DNA of 64,000 nucleotides from Squalus acanthias (lineage: Eukaryota), in contig JASTWF010000070.1 in NCBI GenBank assembly GCA_030390025.1, positions 372,001-436,000 of the forward strand, read 5' to 3'. Shown piece after piece: positions 38,680-51,327 of this stretch. The notes under the pieces are model-generated. The model was not told the origin of the DNA. It did not search any database and was given only the letters and a program-made list of their open reading frames with translations. Positions within the stretch are counted from its first letter, which is position 1. Each line of letters begins with the position of its first letter. A program made the translations under genes and the position numbers.

Positions 38680-39320
38680 TTTATTGCAAGGGGGTTGGAG
38701 TATAAAAGCAGGGAACTCCTGCTACAACTGTACAGGGTATTGGTGAGACTGCACCTTGAGTACTGCGTACAGTTTTGTCTCCTTAGTTAAGGAAGGATAT
38801 ACTTGCATTGGAGGCAGTTCAGAGAAGGTTCACTAGGTTAATTCCAGAGATGAGGGGTTGACTTATGAGGAATGTTGAGCAGGTTGGGCCTATACTCATT
38901 GGATTTTAGAAGAATGAGAGGTGATCTTATTGAAACATATAAGATACTGAGGGGGGGCTCGACAAGGTAGATGCAGAGAGGATGTTTCCCCTCGTGGGGA
39001 AGTCTAGAACTCGGGGGCAGAATTTCAGAATAAAGGGTCGCCCTTTTAGAACTGAGATGAGGAGGAATTTCTTCTCTCAGAGGGTCGTAAATCTTTGGAA
39101 TTCTCTTCCCCATACAGCCGTGGAGGCTGGGTCATTAAATACATTTAAGGTGGAGATAGACATATTTTTACAAGATAATGGAGTGAAGGGTTATGGGGAG
39201 AGGGCAGGGAAGTGGCTTTGAGCCCAAGATCAGCCATGATGTTATTGAATGGCAGAGCAGGCTCGAGGGGCCAAGTGGCCTATTCCTGCTCCTATTTCTT
39301 AAGTTCCTTTGTTCTTATGT
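38680..39320 (+). mobile_element. CR1 LINE 3' fragment
   Basis: FRTEMRRNFFSQRVVNLWNSLP. Confidence 0.85.
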
Positions 39321-41139
39321 CCTGACTTGAGATACTTTTAGTGGCGATATCCTCTGTCTGAGAAGCGAGATGCTTAATTCATTTACAGACTAAGAACACA
39401 ACAGGAGAGATTCGCGGACAGAGATGCGGGGAATTGTGCCTGGTTCCATTTTACCTTTGGGGTAGTGTGTTTTGTTATGTGTAGTAATGTCAAAACTGCA
39501 TGTCAGAGACAGATGGTGAGTGTAGCGTGGCTTGGGAGGAATGAGTGACTTTGGACCTGTGGTTTCCTAAAGCTCTCCACCACTGGAGCTTTGCTCACGT
39601 CAGGTCTGCGTCTGTTGCAGACTCGTGGATAGGAATGGATTGCCATGACAACCCCATTATCATTGTATCATGCGATTACCAGGATGGTAGAAGGTGAACT
39701 CGGTGCACCTTGGCCTTTTCTCGTCTAGCAATTCCTATGTTCAAGATCCCAGGTATGCACAGTATTGGGCGAGAATATTCAACCAGAGACAGTATTTCAC
39801 CATAGATGGTTATATTGCTTTATCCATCAGAGTCAGATCAGTCTAAGTATTCCCATTCTGATTAGATTGGAATCAGCATGTACAACCGAATGAGATTCAG
39901 GAGCAGCAAAAACTGTTCCTGGCAAAGACGCTTTCAAATCCATCTCCCAGTATCTGTCCAATAAATCATATGAGGATTTGAATAAATTCCTAACAACTGT
40001 GTTCTTCTTAATGTTAGTTTATACTGTAGGGTTCTATAAAGCAGATCTAAGTTCACCAGGGCGATACGGGGGCAAAGAGGGTTACATTCTAAGGACAGGT
40101 TGCATAGAGTAGGCTTGTGTTATTTTGAGTTTAGAAGATTAAGTGTGAACTAATTGAGATGTTTAAGATGATTAAATGATTCGATAGGGTAGATAGAGAG
40201 AAACTATTTCCTCTGGTGGGGAGAGTCCAGAACAAGGGGGCATCTCCTTAAAATTAGAGCCAGGCCGTTCAGGGATGATGTCAGGAAGCACTTCTTCACA
40301 CAAAAGCTAGTGGAAATCTAGAACTCTCTCATCCAAAAAGTTGTTGAGGCTGGGGGTCAATTGGAAATATCAAAAGTCAGATTGATAGATTTTTGTTGGG
40401 TAAGGGTATTAAGGGTTACGGAACCAAGGCGGGTAAATGGAGTTAAGATACAGATCAGCCGTGATCTAATTGAATGTTAGATCAGTCTCCAGAGGCTGAA
40501 TGGCCTCCTACTGTTCCAATGTTCCTGTCGCCAGTCGGATAATTAGTTCGGACGACTAAAAGGCAAATTGAAGACTGATTTTTGGAGGTTCATCACACAA
40601 AGAGTGAGCAGCACATGGAATGGTCCTCTGGGTGGGGCGGTGTGAATGAAAACCCCTGGAGTCATTTAGGAAACAGTTTGGCTGCCCTGATGGGTGAGAA
40701 GGTCAGAACCTTTCTGGATTCCTGAGCTAAGTTTGGCAGAATGACCTTTTTCACGTGCAGTGATCTTGTGACAAGTGTCTCCAAATACGCTTTGCAATAA
40801 CTGTGCAGAATATTTTGACAGCAGAATATTGTTAATTTCGGCTAGTTTCTATCCCCTCGGTACATGAATTACAAGAGATTCTCGATGAGATCAGAGCCTA
40901 ATAACCAGCTCCATTATCCATTAATCACCACACCAACGGCCTCATACCCAGCTTTTAAATGTGTATGAAATCGAAGGTGTGCCCGAAAAATATCACAGCA
41001 TCTCGGCGAAACAGCCTTTGAATCTTACTCTTGTATTTGACCGATTTCCTAATGTGAAGAGCGAATTGTGTTACCGCTGCGAATTATTAGCATCACCAGC
41101 AAATCGCTTTCAGTCACAGCCGAAGGGTTCTGCTTTACA

Positions 41140-42445
41140 AAGTTACAAAGTGCTCAGAGCACAGAAACAGCCCATTCGGACCCACTGTTCCGTGCCGGGG
41201 TTTCTGCTCCACATGAGCCTCCTCCCACCCCTCTAACATCTCACCCCATCAGCATATCCTTCTATTCCTTTCTCCCTCATGTGTTTATCAAGCTTCCCCT
41301 TAAATGCATCTATGCTATTCGCCTCAACCACTCCCTGTGGCAGCGAGTTCCACATTCTCACCACTCTCTGGGTGAAGAAGTTTCTGCTGAATTACTTATT
41401 GGATTTATTAGTGACTATCTTATTTTTATGGCCCCTAGCTCTGGTCACTTCACAAGTCAAAACAACTTCTCTTCTTATCAAACCCTTTCATAATCTTAAA
41501 GGCCTCTCTCAGGTCACCCCTCAGCCTTCTCTTTTCAAGAGAAAAGTGCCCCAGCCTGATCAACCTTTCCTGATGTGTATAACGCCTCAGTTCTGTATCA
41601 TCCTTGCACATTTTTTTACACCTTCTCCAGTGCCTCTATATCCTTTTTATAATAAGGAGACCAGAAGTCTGCACAGTGCTCCACGAGTGGTCTAACCAAG
41701 GTTCAATACAAGTTCAACACAACTTCGATGCTTTTCAATTCTATTCCTCTAGAAATGAACCCCAGTGCTTTGGTTTGCTTGTTTTAATGTCCTTGTTAAC
41801 CTGTGTCGCTACTTTTAGTGATTTGTGTACCTGCACCCCAGATCCTCTACCCCATATCAAAACGTATTTTCTGAGAACTAATAGAAACTAATAGTGGGTA
41901 AAAGCCACCATAAATTTGGTGACGAAATCACTTAACTGAATTATTAAAAAAGAGCAGATAGATTTAAAATAATCTACTTTCAATTATAAATGTGACAGAG
42001 TTCACTCCCAGGACAGAAGCAGAGAACGTTCGGGGTCCAGTTACACAAGAACATAAGAAATAGTAGCAGGAGTAGGCCAAGCAGCCCCTCGAGCCTGCTC
42101 CGCCATTCAATAAGATCATGGCTGATTTTCTACCTTATTTCCACTTTCCTGCACTATAGCCGTATCCCTTGATTTCCCTGGAGTCCAAAAATCTATCGAT
42201 CTCTGTTTTGAATATACTCAACGACTGAGCCTCCACAGCCCTCTGAGGTAGAGAATTTCAAAGATTCACCACCCTCTGAGTGAAGAAATTCCCTCCTCAT
42301 CTCGGTCCTAAATGGCCGACCCCTTATTCTGAGACTGTGACCTCTTGTTCTGGACTCCAAAGCATGCTCCCAGCATCTACCCTGTGAAGCCCTGTAAGAA
42401 TTTTGTATGTTTCAATGAGTTCACCTCACATTCGTCTAAACTCCA
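41140..42445 (-). mobile_element. Two CR1 LINE 3' fragments
   Basis: Reverse complements of CR1 3' ends at 41140-41840 and 42050-42445. Confidence 0.7.
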
Positions 42446-42839
42446 GCTTTAATATCAATGCAGCCTAAATCCGGAGGCAGTGCCTGAGCTGCCCAGTCGG
42501 TCCTGAGCCCCACTTTTGAACCGCATACATTTACTCTATAAATGTGCATTGTAAATCGGCGTTAGAGATACACTGAGCGCATCTGGACTGAACGATCAAA
42601 GGGCTGGAATCACAGACACAATGCTGGAGTTTGAAAACCTGTTTTATTGCGTTTGTAACTCGGACACTGATGCACTCTAAAGATTATTTGAATTATATCG
42701 TGCACACATACAAAGACGCGAAATGAAACTAAAAATGCCAATACAGGACAGGAGAAACATGTCGAGATTGAACCGAAGCTGCAGGCGATGTGTCATCTTA
42801 AGAGTAGCGGTCGATGTGTAAGAGAGAATTTAAATATGT

Positions 42840-43203
42840 TTAGAATTTCCGCTTTGGGCTGAAATTTCCCATTTGCAAAATCCGCTTGAAATTGCGTCGG
42901 TTCTGTTCGGCGTTAAGACTCTCCAGTAGACGATACGCCAGTTCTGCATTGGTCAGTCTGTCTTCCGAGTAAGTGTTAATTATTGATAATTGTTCATCAA
43001 GTCTGTCAGTGAACGTGAGATCACCGCAGTGGGACGTCAATTAAGATAGCAATTGAACCCTTCAGCTGCACGCCAGTGCTTCCAATAGTCGGATTTCTGC
43101 GGTGCTTTGGAACTTGAACCCGGCGTATCAAAGTCTCTCGGAAGGGTTCACACCTTAGGGCACTACTGCGCCGGTTAGTTTTCTGAATGAGATTGCCAAT
43201 TTC
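42840..43203 (-). pseudogene. Gene B, probable degenerate cytoplasmic exons
   Basis: 50-bp candidate exon 43154-43203 (GNWQSHSEN*PAQ*CPK, phase 1->0); downstream ORF segment ...EDRLTNAELAY...; AATAAA at 42643-42648 (-). The splice phase of the last piece does not fit cleanly. Confidence 0.4.
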
Positions 43204-44346
43204 CTGTCAATGGAACCCAAAAGCACGCGGAAGCGGCACACAATTGAGAAACAGGAGGTTTGAATTGTTACTGAGCATCGTGTCTTACTGATCCCACAAT
43301 GAGAGCAAAGCAGAGGGAACTTTCCACAAACGTCATATCCGGCAGGCACTCGCTTTCCTTTCCCGTCAGAGGGTCGGAAACGCATTAAACGCCAGGTGGG
43401 CGTAAAGAGTATATGAGAGAAAACAGAAACCATTATCATGACCCACATCATCATCATAGGAACAGAGGGACAGGAGGAGGCTGTTCAGCCCCTTGAGCCT
43501 GTTCCGCCATTCAATGAGATCATGGCTGATCTGTATCTTAACTCCATCTACCCGCCTTGGTTGCCTATCCCTTAATCCCCTTACCCAACAAGAAACTATC
43601 AAAAATCTCACAGTTTTGGAATTTCCAAATGACCCCCAGCCTCGACAGCTTTTTGGGGGAGAGAGTTGCAGATTTCCACCACCCTTTGTGTGAAGAAGTG
43701 CTTCCTGACATCACCGCTAAACGGCCTGGCTCTAATTTTAAGGTGTTGCCCCCTTTGTTCTGGGCTCCCCCCACCAGAGGAAATTGTTTCTCTCTATCTA
43801 CCCCATCGAATCCTTTAATCATCTTAAACACCACAATTAAATCACCCCTTAATCTTCTATACACGTTGGAATACAAGCCGAGTATGTGCAACCTGTCCTC
43901 ATAATTTAACCCTTTTAGCCCCGGGTATCACTCTGGTGAATCATCATTCTGCAATTTAAAATATCCAGATCTATAATTTTTTAATCTACGTTCGCATTTT
44001 TACATAAAAGGAAATCAGTGCTATCCTGTAGTGCTCACTATGCAAAGTTTTATGGACTCATTAACTATGAATCTTAAACATTGGATTAAAATCAGTGCAA
44101 GGTATCGACATGTGTTGAGCAAAAACAATTCTTTTCATATCTACCTCCTTGTCTTGTGCACGTGGTCTCGAATCGGTCAATTTCTGATCGCTGTTCGTGT
44201 TGCCTGATATAAAGACAAAATTAATCTAAGTCTAAATGCGCACATTTCACACTGAACCGACCCACTAACATGTAATGAGCCAATGACACAATAAATGGAT
44301 TGATTAGGAGCGCCGTGGAGTTGGAGCGTCTCCCGGCAACCGCTAC

Positions 44347-44463
44347 CTGACCGCCGGTTCCTGCAGCTCCTTCCCGCGGCAACAATAACCAACAGCAGAA
44401 GGAGAAGCGCCGCCGCTGAAGTTCCGTAAAGCAGTAATCTGCAGTTGCTTTGTAGCGGGGACA
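44347..44463 (-). pseudogene. Gene B, transmembrane exon
   Basis: Polypyrimidine tract plus CAG acceptor; 117 bp, phase 1: VSPLQSNCRLLLYGTSAAALLLLLLVIVAAGRSCRNRRS; ends TCAG|GT like the gene A TM exon. Confidence 0.8.
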
Positions 44464-44648
44464 CTGAAGAAAGAAAAAACACTTTTTATTTTTTTTAAAC
44501 TCGTAACCCGAGCCTTCCGGTTCTCGCAGAAGGTTCAAGGAGGCCCACCACCAACTTCTCAACCACTAGGGATGGACAATCAATGCCAGACTTACCAGCG
44601 TCACCCACATCACGAGAACAAATTAAAAATGTTGCCTAAAATAATTAG

Positions 44649-45389
44649 NNNNNNNNNNNNNNNNNNNNNNNNNNNNNNNNNNNNNNNNNNNNNNNNNNNN
44701 NNNNNNNNNNNNNNNNNNNNNNNNNNNNNNNNNNNNNNNNNNNNNNNNNNNNNNNNNNNNNNNNNNNNNNNNNNNNNNNNNNNNNNNNNNNNNNNNNNNN
44801 NNNNNNNNNNNNNNNNNNNNNNNNNNNNNNNNNNNNNNNNNNNNNNNNNNNNNNNNNNNNNNNNNNNNNNNNNNNNNNNNNNNNNNNNNNNNNNNNNNNN
44901 AGAGAGATGGAGAGATAGATAGACAGATAGATAGATAGACAGATAGATAGGTAGACAGAGATAGACCGATAGAGAGATAGATAGACAGATATAGAGATAG
45001 AGAGATGGAGAGATGGATAGAGAGAGAGAGAGATNNNNNNNNNNNNNNNNNNNNNNNNNNNNNNNNNNNNNNNNNNNNNNNNNNNNNNNNNNNNNNNNNN
45101 NNNNNNNNNNNNNNNNNNNNNNNNNNNNNNNNNNNNNNNNNNNNNNNNNNNNNNNNNNNNNNNNNNNNNNNNNNNNNNNNNNNNNNNNNNNNNNNNNNNN
45201 NNNNNNNNNNNNNNNNNNNNNNNNNNNNNNNNNNNNNNNNNNNNNNNNNNNNNNNNNNNNNNNNNNNNNNNNNNNNNNNNNNNNNNNNNNNNNNNNNNNN
45301 NNNNNNNNNNNNNNNNNNNNNNNNNNNNNNNNNNNNNNNNNNNNNNNNNNNNNNNNNNNNNNNNNNNNNNNNNNNNNNNNNNNNNNNNN
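44649..45389. other. Two N runs (44649-44900, 45035-45389) around a (GATA)n-like repeat
   Basis: Seen directly. Confidence 0.99.
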
Positions 45390-45589
45390 TATAATCATTA
45401 ACCTATCGAAGGGTAGCGCACAAAAAGAGACTCTGAGGCGCTCCATATTTGTGCCGGCTTTTTGGTAGATAGAGCCAAAACTAATCCCATTACCTGGCTC
45501 TACCTCGATATTCCTGTATCAGTCCAAAACTAATCCCAAAACCCACTCGGTCCCCTGGAAAGCAGCACTTCTAACCCTTCGCCAATCAG

Positions 45590-47150
45590 AGGAATACCCA
45601 TTTACCCTATCTCCTTATGTCTTGTCTGTCATCTAACTTTCCATCCAGGCTGCCACATCTCCTTCACACCATACCTCTAAATTGTTTCCCAACAGCCCGC
45701 TTGTGCGACACCTTATCAAACGCCTTCTGGAAATCCATACACGTTACATCTACTGCAATCCCTTTAACTATCCAATCGGTCACTTCTACAAAAGCTCTTT
45801 TAAATTTGTTAAACACGACTCCACTTTCACAAATCGCTGCTGGTTGTCCTTAACTAGCCCAGCCATTTAGAAATGCTCACCACAGTCAGTTCAAATTACG
45901 GATTCTAAGTGTTTGTCCGCAACTCATCTAGTCTATGGTAGCCCAAGTGACACCTTTCTCCTCTCTTAGATGAAACGTTAGATAGAATCCGTTTGGGTCG
46001 GAAGAATAAGGAGGCCACATACTCCTTGGAAAATAAGTGTCTAAATGGAATAGAGGAGCAGCGGGATCTGGAGGTACAGATACACAAACCACTAAAAGTA
46101 GCGACGCAAGTTAATAAGGGCATAAAAAAGCAAACCAAGCACTGGGGTTCATTTCTAGAGGGATAGAATTGACAAGCAGAGAAGTTATGTTCAATTTCTA
46201 TAGAACCTTGTTTGGATCACCTTGGAATACTGTGAACATCTCTGGGCTCCAAATTATCAAGAGTATATAGAGACACCGGAGAAGTTACAAAAAGATTTAC
46301 TAGGATGATACCTGAATTGAGACATTATACCTATCAGGAAAGATTGAACAGGCTGGGGCTCTTTTCTCTACAAAAGTGAAGACTGAGAGGTGACCTGATA
46401 GTGGACTTTAGATTATGAAAAGATTTTCATAGGATTACATAGGATATATGGCACAGAGACAGGACATTGGGCCCAACCAGTCCATGCCGGCGCTAATGCT
46501 CCACTGGAGCCTCCTTCCGTCTTTCCTCATCTAAATCTATCACCTTATCCCTCTATTCCCTACTCCCTCACATGCTTGTCCAGCCTCCCCCTTTAAAAGC
46601 ATCTATACAATTCGCTTCAAACACTCCCTGAGGTAGCGAGTTCCACATTCTCACCACTCTCTGGGTAAAGAGGTTTGTCCTGAATTCCCTATTGAATTTC
46701 TTGGTGACTATCTTATATTGATGGCCTCTAGTTATGCTCTTCCCCACACGTTGAAACATTCTCTCTCTATCTTCTTTATCAAAACCTTTGATCGGGTCGA
46801 CGTGGAGAAGATCTTTCCACTTGTGGCGGGGGAGGGGGGCGCTTGGAATCAGAACTAGGCGCCATAATATAAGATAGTCACTATTAAAGCCAATTGGGAA
46901 TTCAGGAGAAACTTCTTTACCCAGAGAGTGGTGCGAATGTGGAACTCGCTACCACAGGGAATGGTTGAGGCGAATAGTATAGATGCATTTAAGGGGAAGT
47001 TCGAGAAACAGATGAGGAAGAAACGAATAGATGGATATTGATGGGTTTATACTGAAGTGGGGTGGGAGGGAACTCGTGTGGAGAATGAACACCGGCACGG
47101 ACCTGCTGGGCCGAATGGCCTGTCTCTGTGCTGTACATACTGTGTAATAC
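45590..47150. mobile_element. Nested CR1 fragments in the gene B C1-TM intron
   Basis: CR1 3'-end motifs in both orientations; inverted copy at ~46435-46790 inside a + copy. Confidence 0.7.
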
Positions 47151-47459
47151 AGATACCTACATACAGGCATCGAGAGAGAAAGTGATAAACTGGAAATGGC
47201 AATTATATTTTCCAATTTTACCCATGGACAGCTCAGACCGAGACATTCTCTCCCACCATATATGTACGGCCGAGCTGGACAGATAGACTTTATATTTCAG
47301 AAAGCTCAACACTGCAACATCGAGAGAGGTAAATGATTGGGTAATTCTGCATGGACACGCAGAAAGGGAGAGACTTTGAATGTATAAAGTGATATTGCTA
47401 ACAATTAACTCTTACATCAGCACGGAAGATATTAGTGAAGGGTCACTGCCACTAGTTAC

Positions 47460-47762
47460 CTCTCTGAGATGAGACACTTTAACTGATCAGATCCCCAGTG
47501 GAGTTGATTGGAACGGCGCAAATACAGACAGCGCCGCTGCTCCAAGTTTCCGCCGAGACGCTGACGTGACTCCTGACAGTGTAGGTCCCGTCCGGGTCTA
47601 TTGTCCCGGAATCGCTCGGTTCCTCGGTAACCTTTCCGGCATCATTCCAGCGAATGGGAAGGGAATCGGGAGACAGGCTTTTCACCAAACACATCAATGG
47701 GACCCTTTCCAGCGAGAGAATTTCATCCGGTGCCGGGGCTAAGAGATAGATTTCCGGAGACC
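47460..47762 (-). pseudogene. Gene B, C1-set exon with late nonsense codon
   Basis: 303 bp: GSPEIYLLAPAPDEILSLERVPLMCLVKSLSPDSLPIRWNDAG...DGTYTVRSHVSVSAETWSSGAVCICAVPINSTGDLIS*SVSSQR. TAA at 47479-47481 where gene A has K (KSVS). Confidence 0.9.
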
Positions 47763-48128
47763 CTGGGAGTTTGGAGGTTAAGATACCATTATTACTCTAC
47801 GGAAATTCGTCGTTATTTATGATAAACTGAGTGAAACATAGAAACATAGAAACATAGAATCTAGGAGCAGGATTAGGCCATTCGGCCCGTCGAGCCTGCA
47901 CCACCATTCAATACGATCATGGCTGATCATTCAAATCCAGTACCCTGTCTCTGCTTTAATCCCCACAGTACACATATCCCACCAACCCCCGTAACCCCAT
48001 GTATTTAATTCCCCCTAACATATCCCATCACCCCACATATTTAATCCCCCCCTAACACTAAGGGTCAATTTATCATAGCCAAATCAACCTAACCCGCACA
48101 TTTTTGGACAAACAAACGCAATTCTTAC

Positions 48129-48467
48129 CTGCAATGAACAATTTCGAGCCGTTTCCGAATATCAAGGGCATTCCGCTCGATTTCTTAGCTGCGCAGTAAT
48201 ACACCCCCGCATCATTCCTCTGGACATCTTTCACAATCAGAGAGTAAATACTGGATTCGTTGATAACCTGTCCGGAAAATCTTCCTTCAGGCGGCATGTG
48301 CTTCCACACGGTGTAAACTAGCTGTAGATGCTCTCGGTGCTGCCGCTTATACCAGTGCACAGCTCTAGCTGCTAACCAACCCGAGTGACAATCCACCTTA
48401 AAGATACTTCCAACGGAGACAGCCTGAACCGGCGGATTCTGGCGGAAAACTTCCTGAGAGACAATAA
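48129..48467 (-). pseudogene. Gene B, VJ-type V-set exon (open)
   Basis: 339 bp: VIVSQEVFRQNPPVQAVSVGSIFKVDCHSGWLAARAVHWYKRQ...EGRFSG...YSLIVKDVQRNDAGVYYCAAKKSSGMPLIFGNGSKLFIA. FGxG J motif in the same exon; GTAAG donor. Confidence 0.9.
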
Positions 48468-48649
48468 CTGAGAGAACAACATATTCACAAGAGGGTCTGT
48501 TACACGGCAGAAATAAACACCGCTTCCTAAAAAGAAACGGGTACAGCAGTAAATTGTGAATAGCACCATCCCATCATTAATGATCATGGATACTAATATC
48601 TAAATGAGTCAAATGATGGGGGTTAAAATTTAGCCTGTAACAGGAGAAA

Positions 48650-48970
48650 GAATGGAAGGAAGGAAGAATGAAAGAAAGAAAGAATGAAAGAGAGAAAGAT
48701 AGAAAGCAAGAAAGAAAGAAGGAACGAAAGAAAGATCTTTACAGCCAATGAAATACCTTTTGCGGTGTAGTCACTGTTGTAATGCAGGAAACCCGGCAGC
48801 CGAATTGCGCACAGCAAGCTCCCACAAACAGCAATATGATAATGACCAGGTAATCTGTGATGTTGATTGAGGGATATAATATTGGCCCCAGGACACCGGG
48901 GAGAACTCCCCTGCTCTCCTTCCAATAGTGGCCGTGGGATCTTTTACCTCCACCTGAGAGGACAGACGGG
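48650..48970 (-). mobile_element. Deu-like SINE 3' part with (GAAA)n tail in the gene B leader intron
   Basis: Reverse complement of the SINE core. Confidence 0.7.
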
Positions 48971-49146
48971 ACATCCAATAGATGGAAAATATTGACATTT
49001 GGTCTAATTTCATTCGCCTGATATAATCCAGTCCATCAACATGACACTAATATTACAGAATACAGCGCGCTCTCTTCTACTTGTCTGACTAGCTCAATGA
49101 TCATACGCTTGAACTCCGCCATGTATTAGAAGCACATAAGACTGAC

Positions 49147-49189
49147 CTGGAAAGAGATGGAACAGCGCGCAGGGAGTTAAGAAGCTCAT
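49147..49189 (-). pseudogene. VJ-C1-TM receptor gene B, leader exon
   Basis: MSFLTPCALFHLFP-G; 43 bp; phase-1 donor GTCAGT. Confidence 0.65.
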
Positions 49190-49864
49190 TGTCTGCGACC
49201 GAGACGCTTGCTGTGAGCTGCACACTGAACACTTTGCTGGGATATCTTTGCGCTGGGCCCGGCTCGCAAGAGATGTGAAAGGCAGAGCTGCGGAAATTGC
49301 GTGCTTGCGTTTTAAAAATAGCAACGCTGGAAAATACTCGCTGCGGGTTTCCTGTTGACACATTAAACGCCCACGCGCAGGTCTGCCTGCAAAGGACAAT
49401 GCATTCCAGCTCGTGTTAAACAGGCGTGAAAGGCGGCGTGCAGTGCAGGCTGATTAAACTGTGAACTGAAGGCAGGCAGTGCTGAATTGCACCCACCGGA
49501 CTGGTTGTGTCATTCGTGTGGGCGCGAGGACATGATTCTATTCCGAGTGTTGCTTTTTATTGGTCCAGAACGCGTTCATTCATGCACCCTTACTTGTATC
49601 AACAAAAATAGACCAGATTGAAGAAAGGTGCAATCATCTGTTATTATACCAACCGCGGCTCAGTGGGCAGCACTGAGTCAGAAGTTCGTGGGTTCATGAT
49701 TCCAATCCAGAGACTTGAGCACAAAAATCTATGCCGACACGCCAGTGCCAGTATTGGGACGTGCTATAAGAGGTGACAGTCTTTCTTTCTTCAACTGTTT
49801 CACCCAGTATCTGAATGCCGCCTGTCTCTTTGTTGCAGGATTTGATTCTGTTACTTATGTTGTG

Positions 49865-50410
49865 TCAGCCGTGGCTCAGTGGTCTCGCTTCTGAGGCAGC
49901 AGATCAGAGTTTTGTTCAGGTCCCGCTCAAGAGTTTGGACGCCGCACTGTCGGAGGGGCAGTACGGAGAGAGTGCCGCACTGTCGGAGGGGCAGTACTGA
50001 CGGAGCGCCGCACTGTCGGAGGTGCCGACTTTCGGATGCAACATTAAACCGAGGCCCGATCTGCCCTCTCAGGTGGCTGTGAAAGATCCCAGGACCACTA
50101 TTGGAAGAAGAGCAGGGGTAGTTCTACCCGGTGTCCTGGGCCAATATTTATACCTCAATTAACATCAACAAAAGAGATGTCCTGATGATTATCACATTGC
50201 TGTTTGTGGGAGCTTGCTGCGCAAAAAATGGCCGCCGTAATCACTGCATTACAACAGTGACTACAGCTCAAAAGTACTTCATTTTCTGTAAACTCTTTGG
50301 GACGTCCTGAGGTCGTGAAAAGAGATTCTTAAAAGCAATTTCTATCTTTCTTTCTTTCTTTGGGACGTCCTGAGGTGGTGAAAGACGCTATAGAAATGCA
50401 AGTTCTTCCT
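49865..50410 (+). mobile_element. tRNA-derived Deu-like SINE
   Basis: TCAGCCGTGGCTCAGTGG head, 33-bp repeats, core and duplicated tail. Confidence 0.75.
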
Positions 50411-51327
50411 TACCTCTTTCCCCAGGTTTTACTCCGGCGTGCTATTAACCAAACCTCGCCGCCGGGTGAGCATCATTTATGGGCACTGAGTGTGATTTTG
50501 GCCGCGCTCCTGTTCTTATTTACACGCTCAGCCTCCTGGTTCCTGGATTCTGCGCCCCTCTCATCGCCGCTGCAACCTAAGGCGCAATTCACATCTTGAT
50601 TGCATTCAATGTTTCGCAATTTCATTCTTGTTGTGTCACATACTGTGTCTGAGCAGTCAAACACTGCATTAATATAGAATACCTTCACTTTGATAAAGAT
50701 TGAAGCAAAGTTGACCATATTATATTTGGTGTATCAAACAATAATGATGTTTGAACCTTTGGTATTTTGCACATAGGTAACTGAAATTTTTTTCCGTTGC
50801 ATTCAAAAGCAATCAATTAAAAAGACTTGTGTCCATCGGAGTCCCTTGCAATGGGAGTGAATGCGGGGAAGGGTCGCTCCCTTTGAATTCTGCACATGTA
50901 AAATGAGCAGCAAGAGGGCTTGTGTGTTCAGGTTCTATATAATTACAACGAATGGACAGTTTGTTAATTAAATTAGAGTCAGGCCGTTCAGGGGTGATGT
51001 CAGGAAGCACTTCTTCACACAAAAGGTAGTGCCAATCTGGAACTCTCTCCCCTAAAAAGCTGTTGAGGCTGGGGGTCAATTGAAATATCAAAACTGAGAT
51101 TGATGGATTTTTGTTGGGTAAAGATATTAAGGGTCACGGAAACAAGGCGGGTAGATGGATTTAAGATACAGATCAGCCATGATCTAACTGAGTTGTGGGA
51201 CAGGCTCGAGGGGCTGAATGGCCTCCTCCTGTTCCTATGTTCATGGACTTTAATCTTTGTATCAAACATGTACGGAGTCGGCAAGAAAGTAACAAAACCT
51301 CAGTACTGCAATTTCAAAGTTTATTAG

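Noticed and set aside
44572-45468. Long ORFs in the ORF track
   Set aside because: Artefacts of N runs and simple repeats.
30536-49189. Calling genes A/B rearranged TCR chains or IgNAR/NAR-TCR
   Set aside because: No RSS, D or J arrays; TMs lack charged residues; multi-exon tail with ITIM; only one C domain.
49815-49870. MPPVSLLQDLILLLMLC as leader for the + strand C1 relic
   Set aside because: Runs into a SINE head, has no donor site and shows no similarity to the gene A leader.
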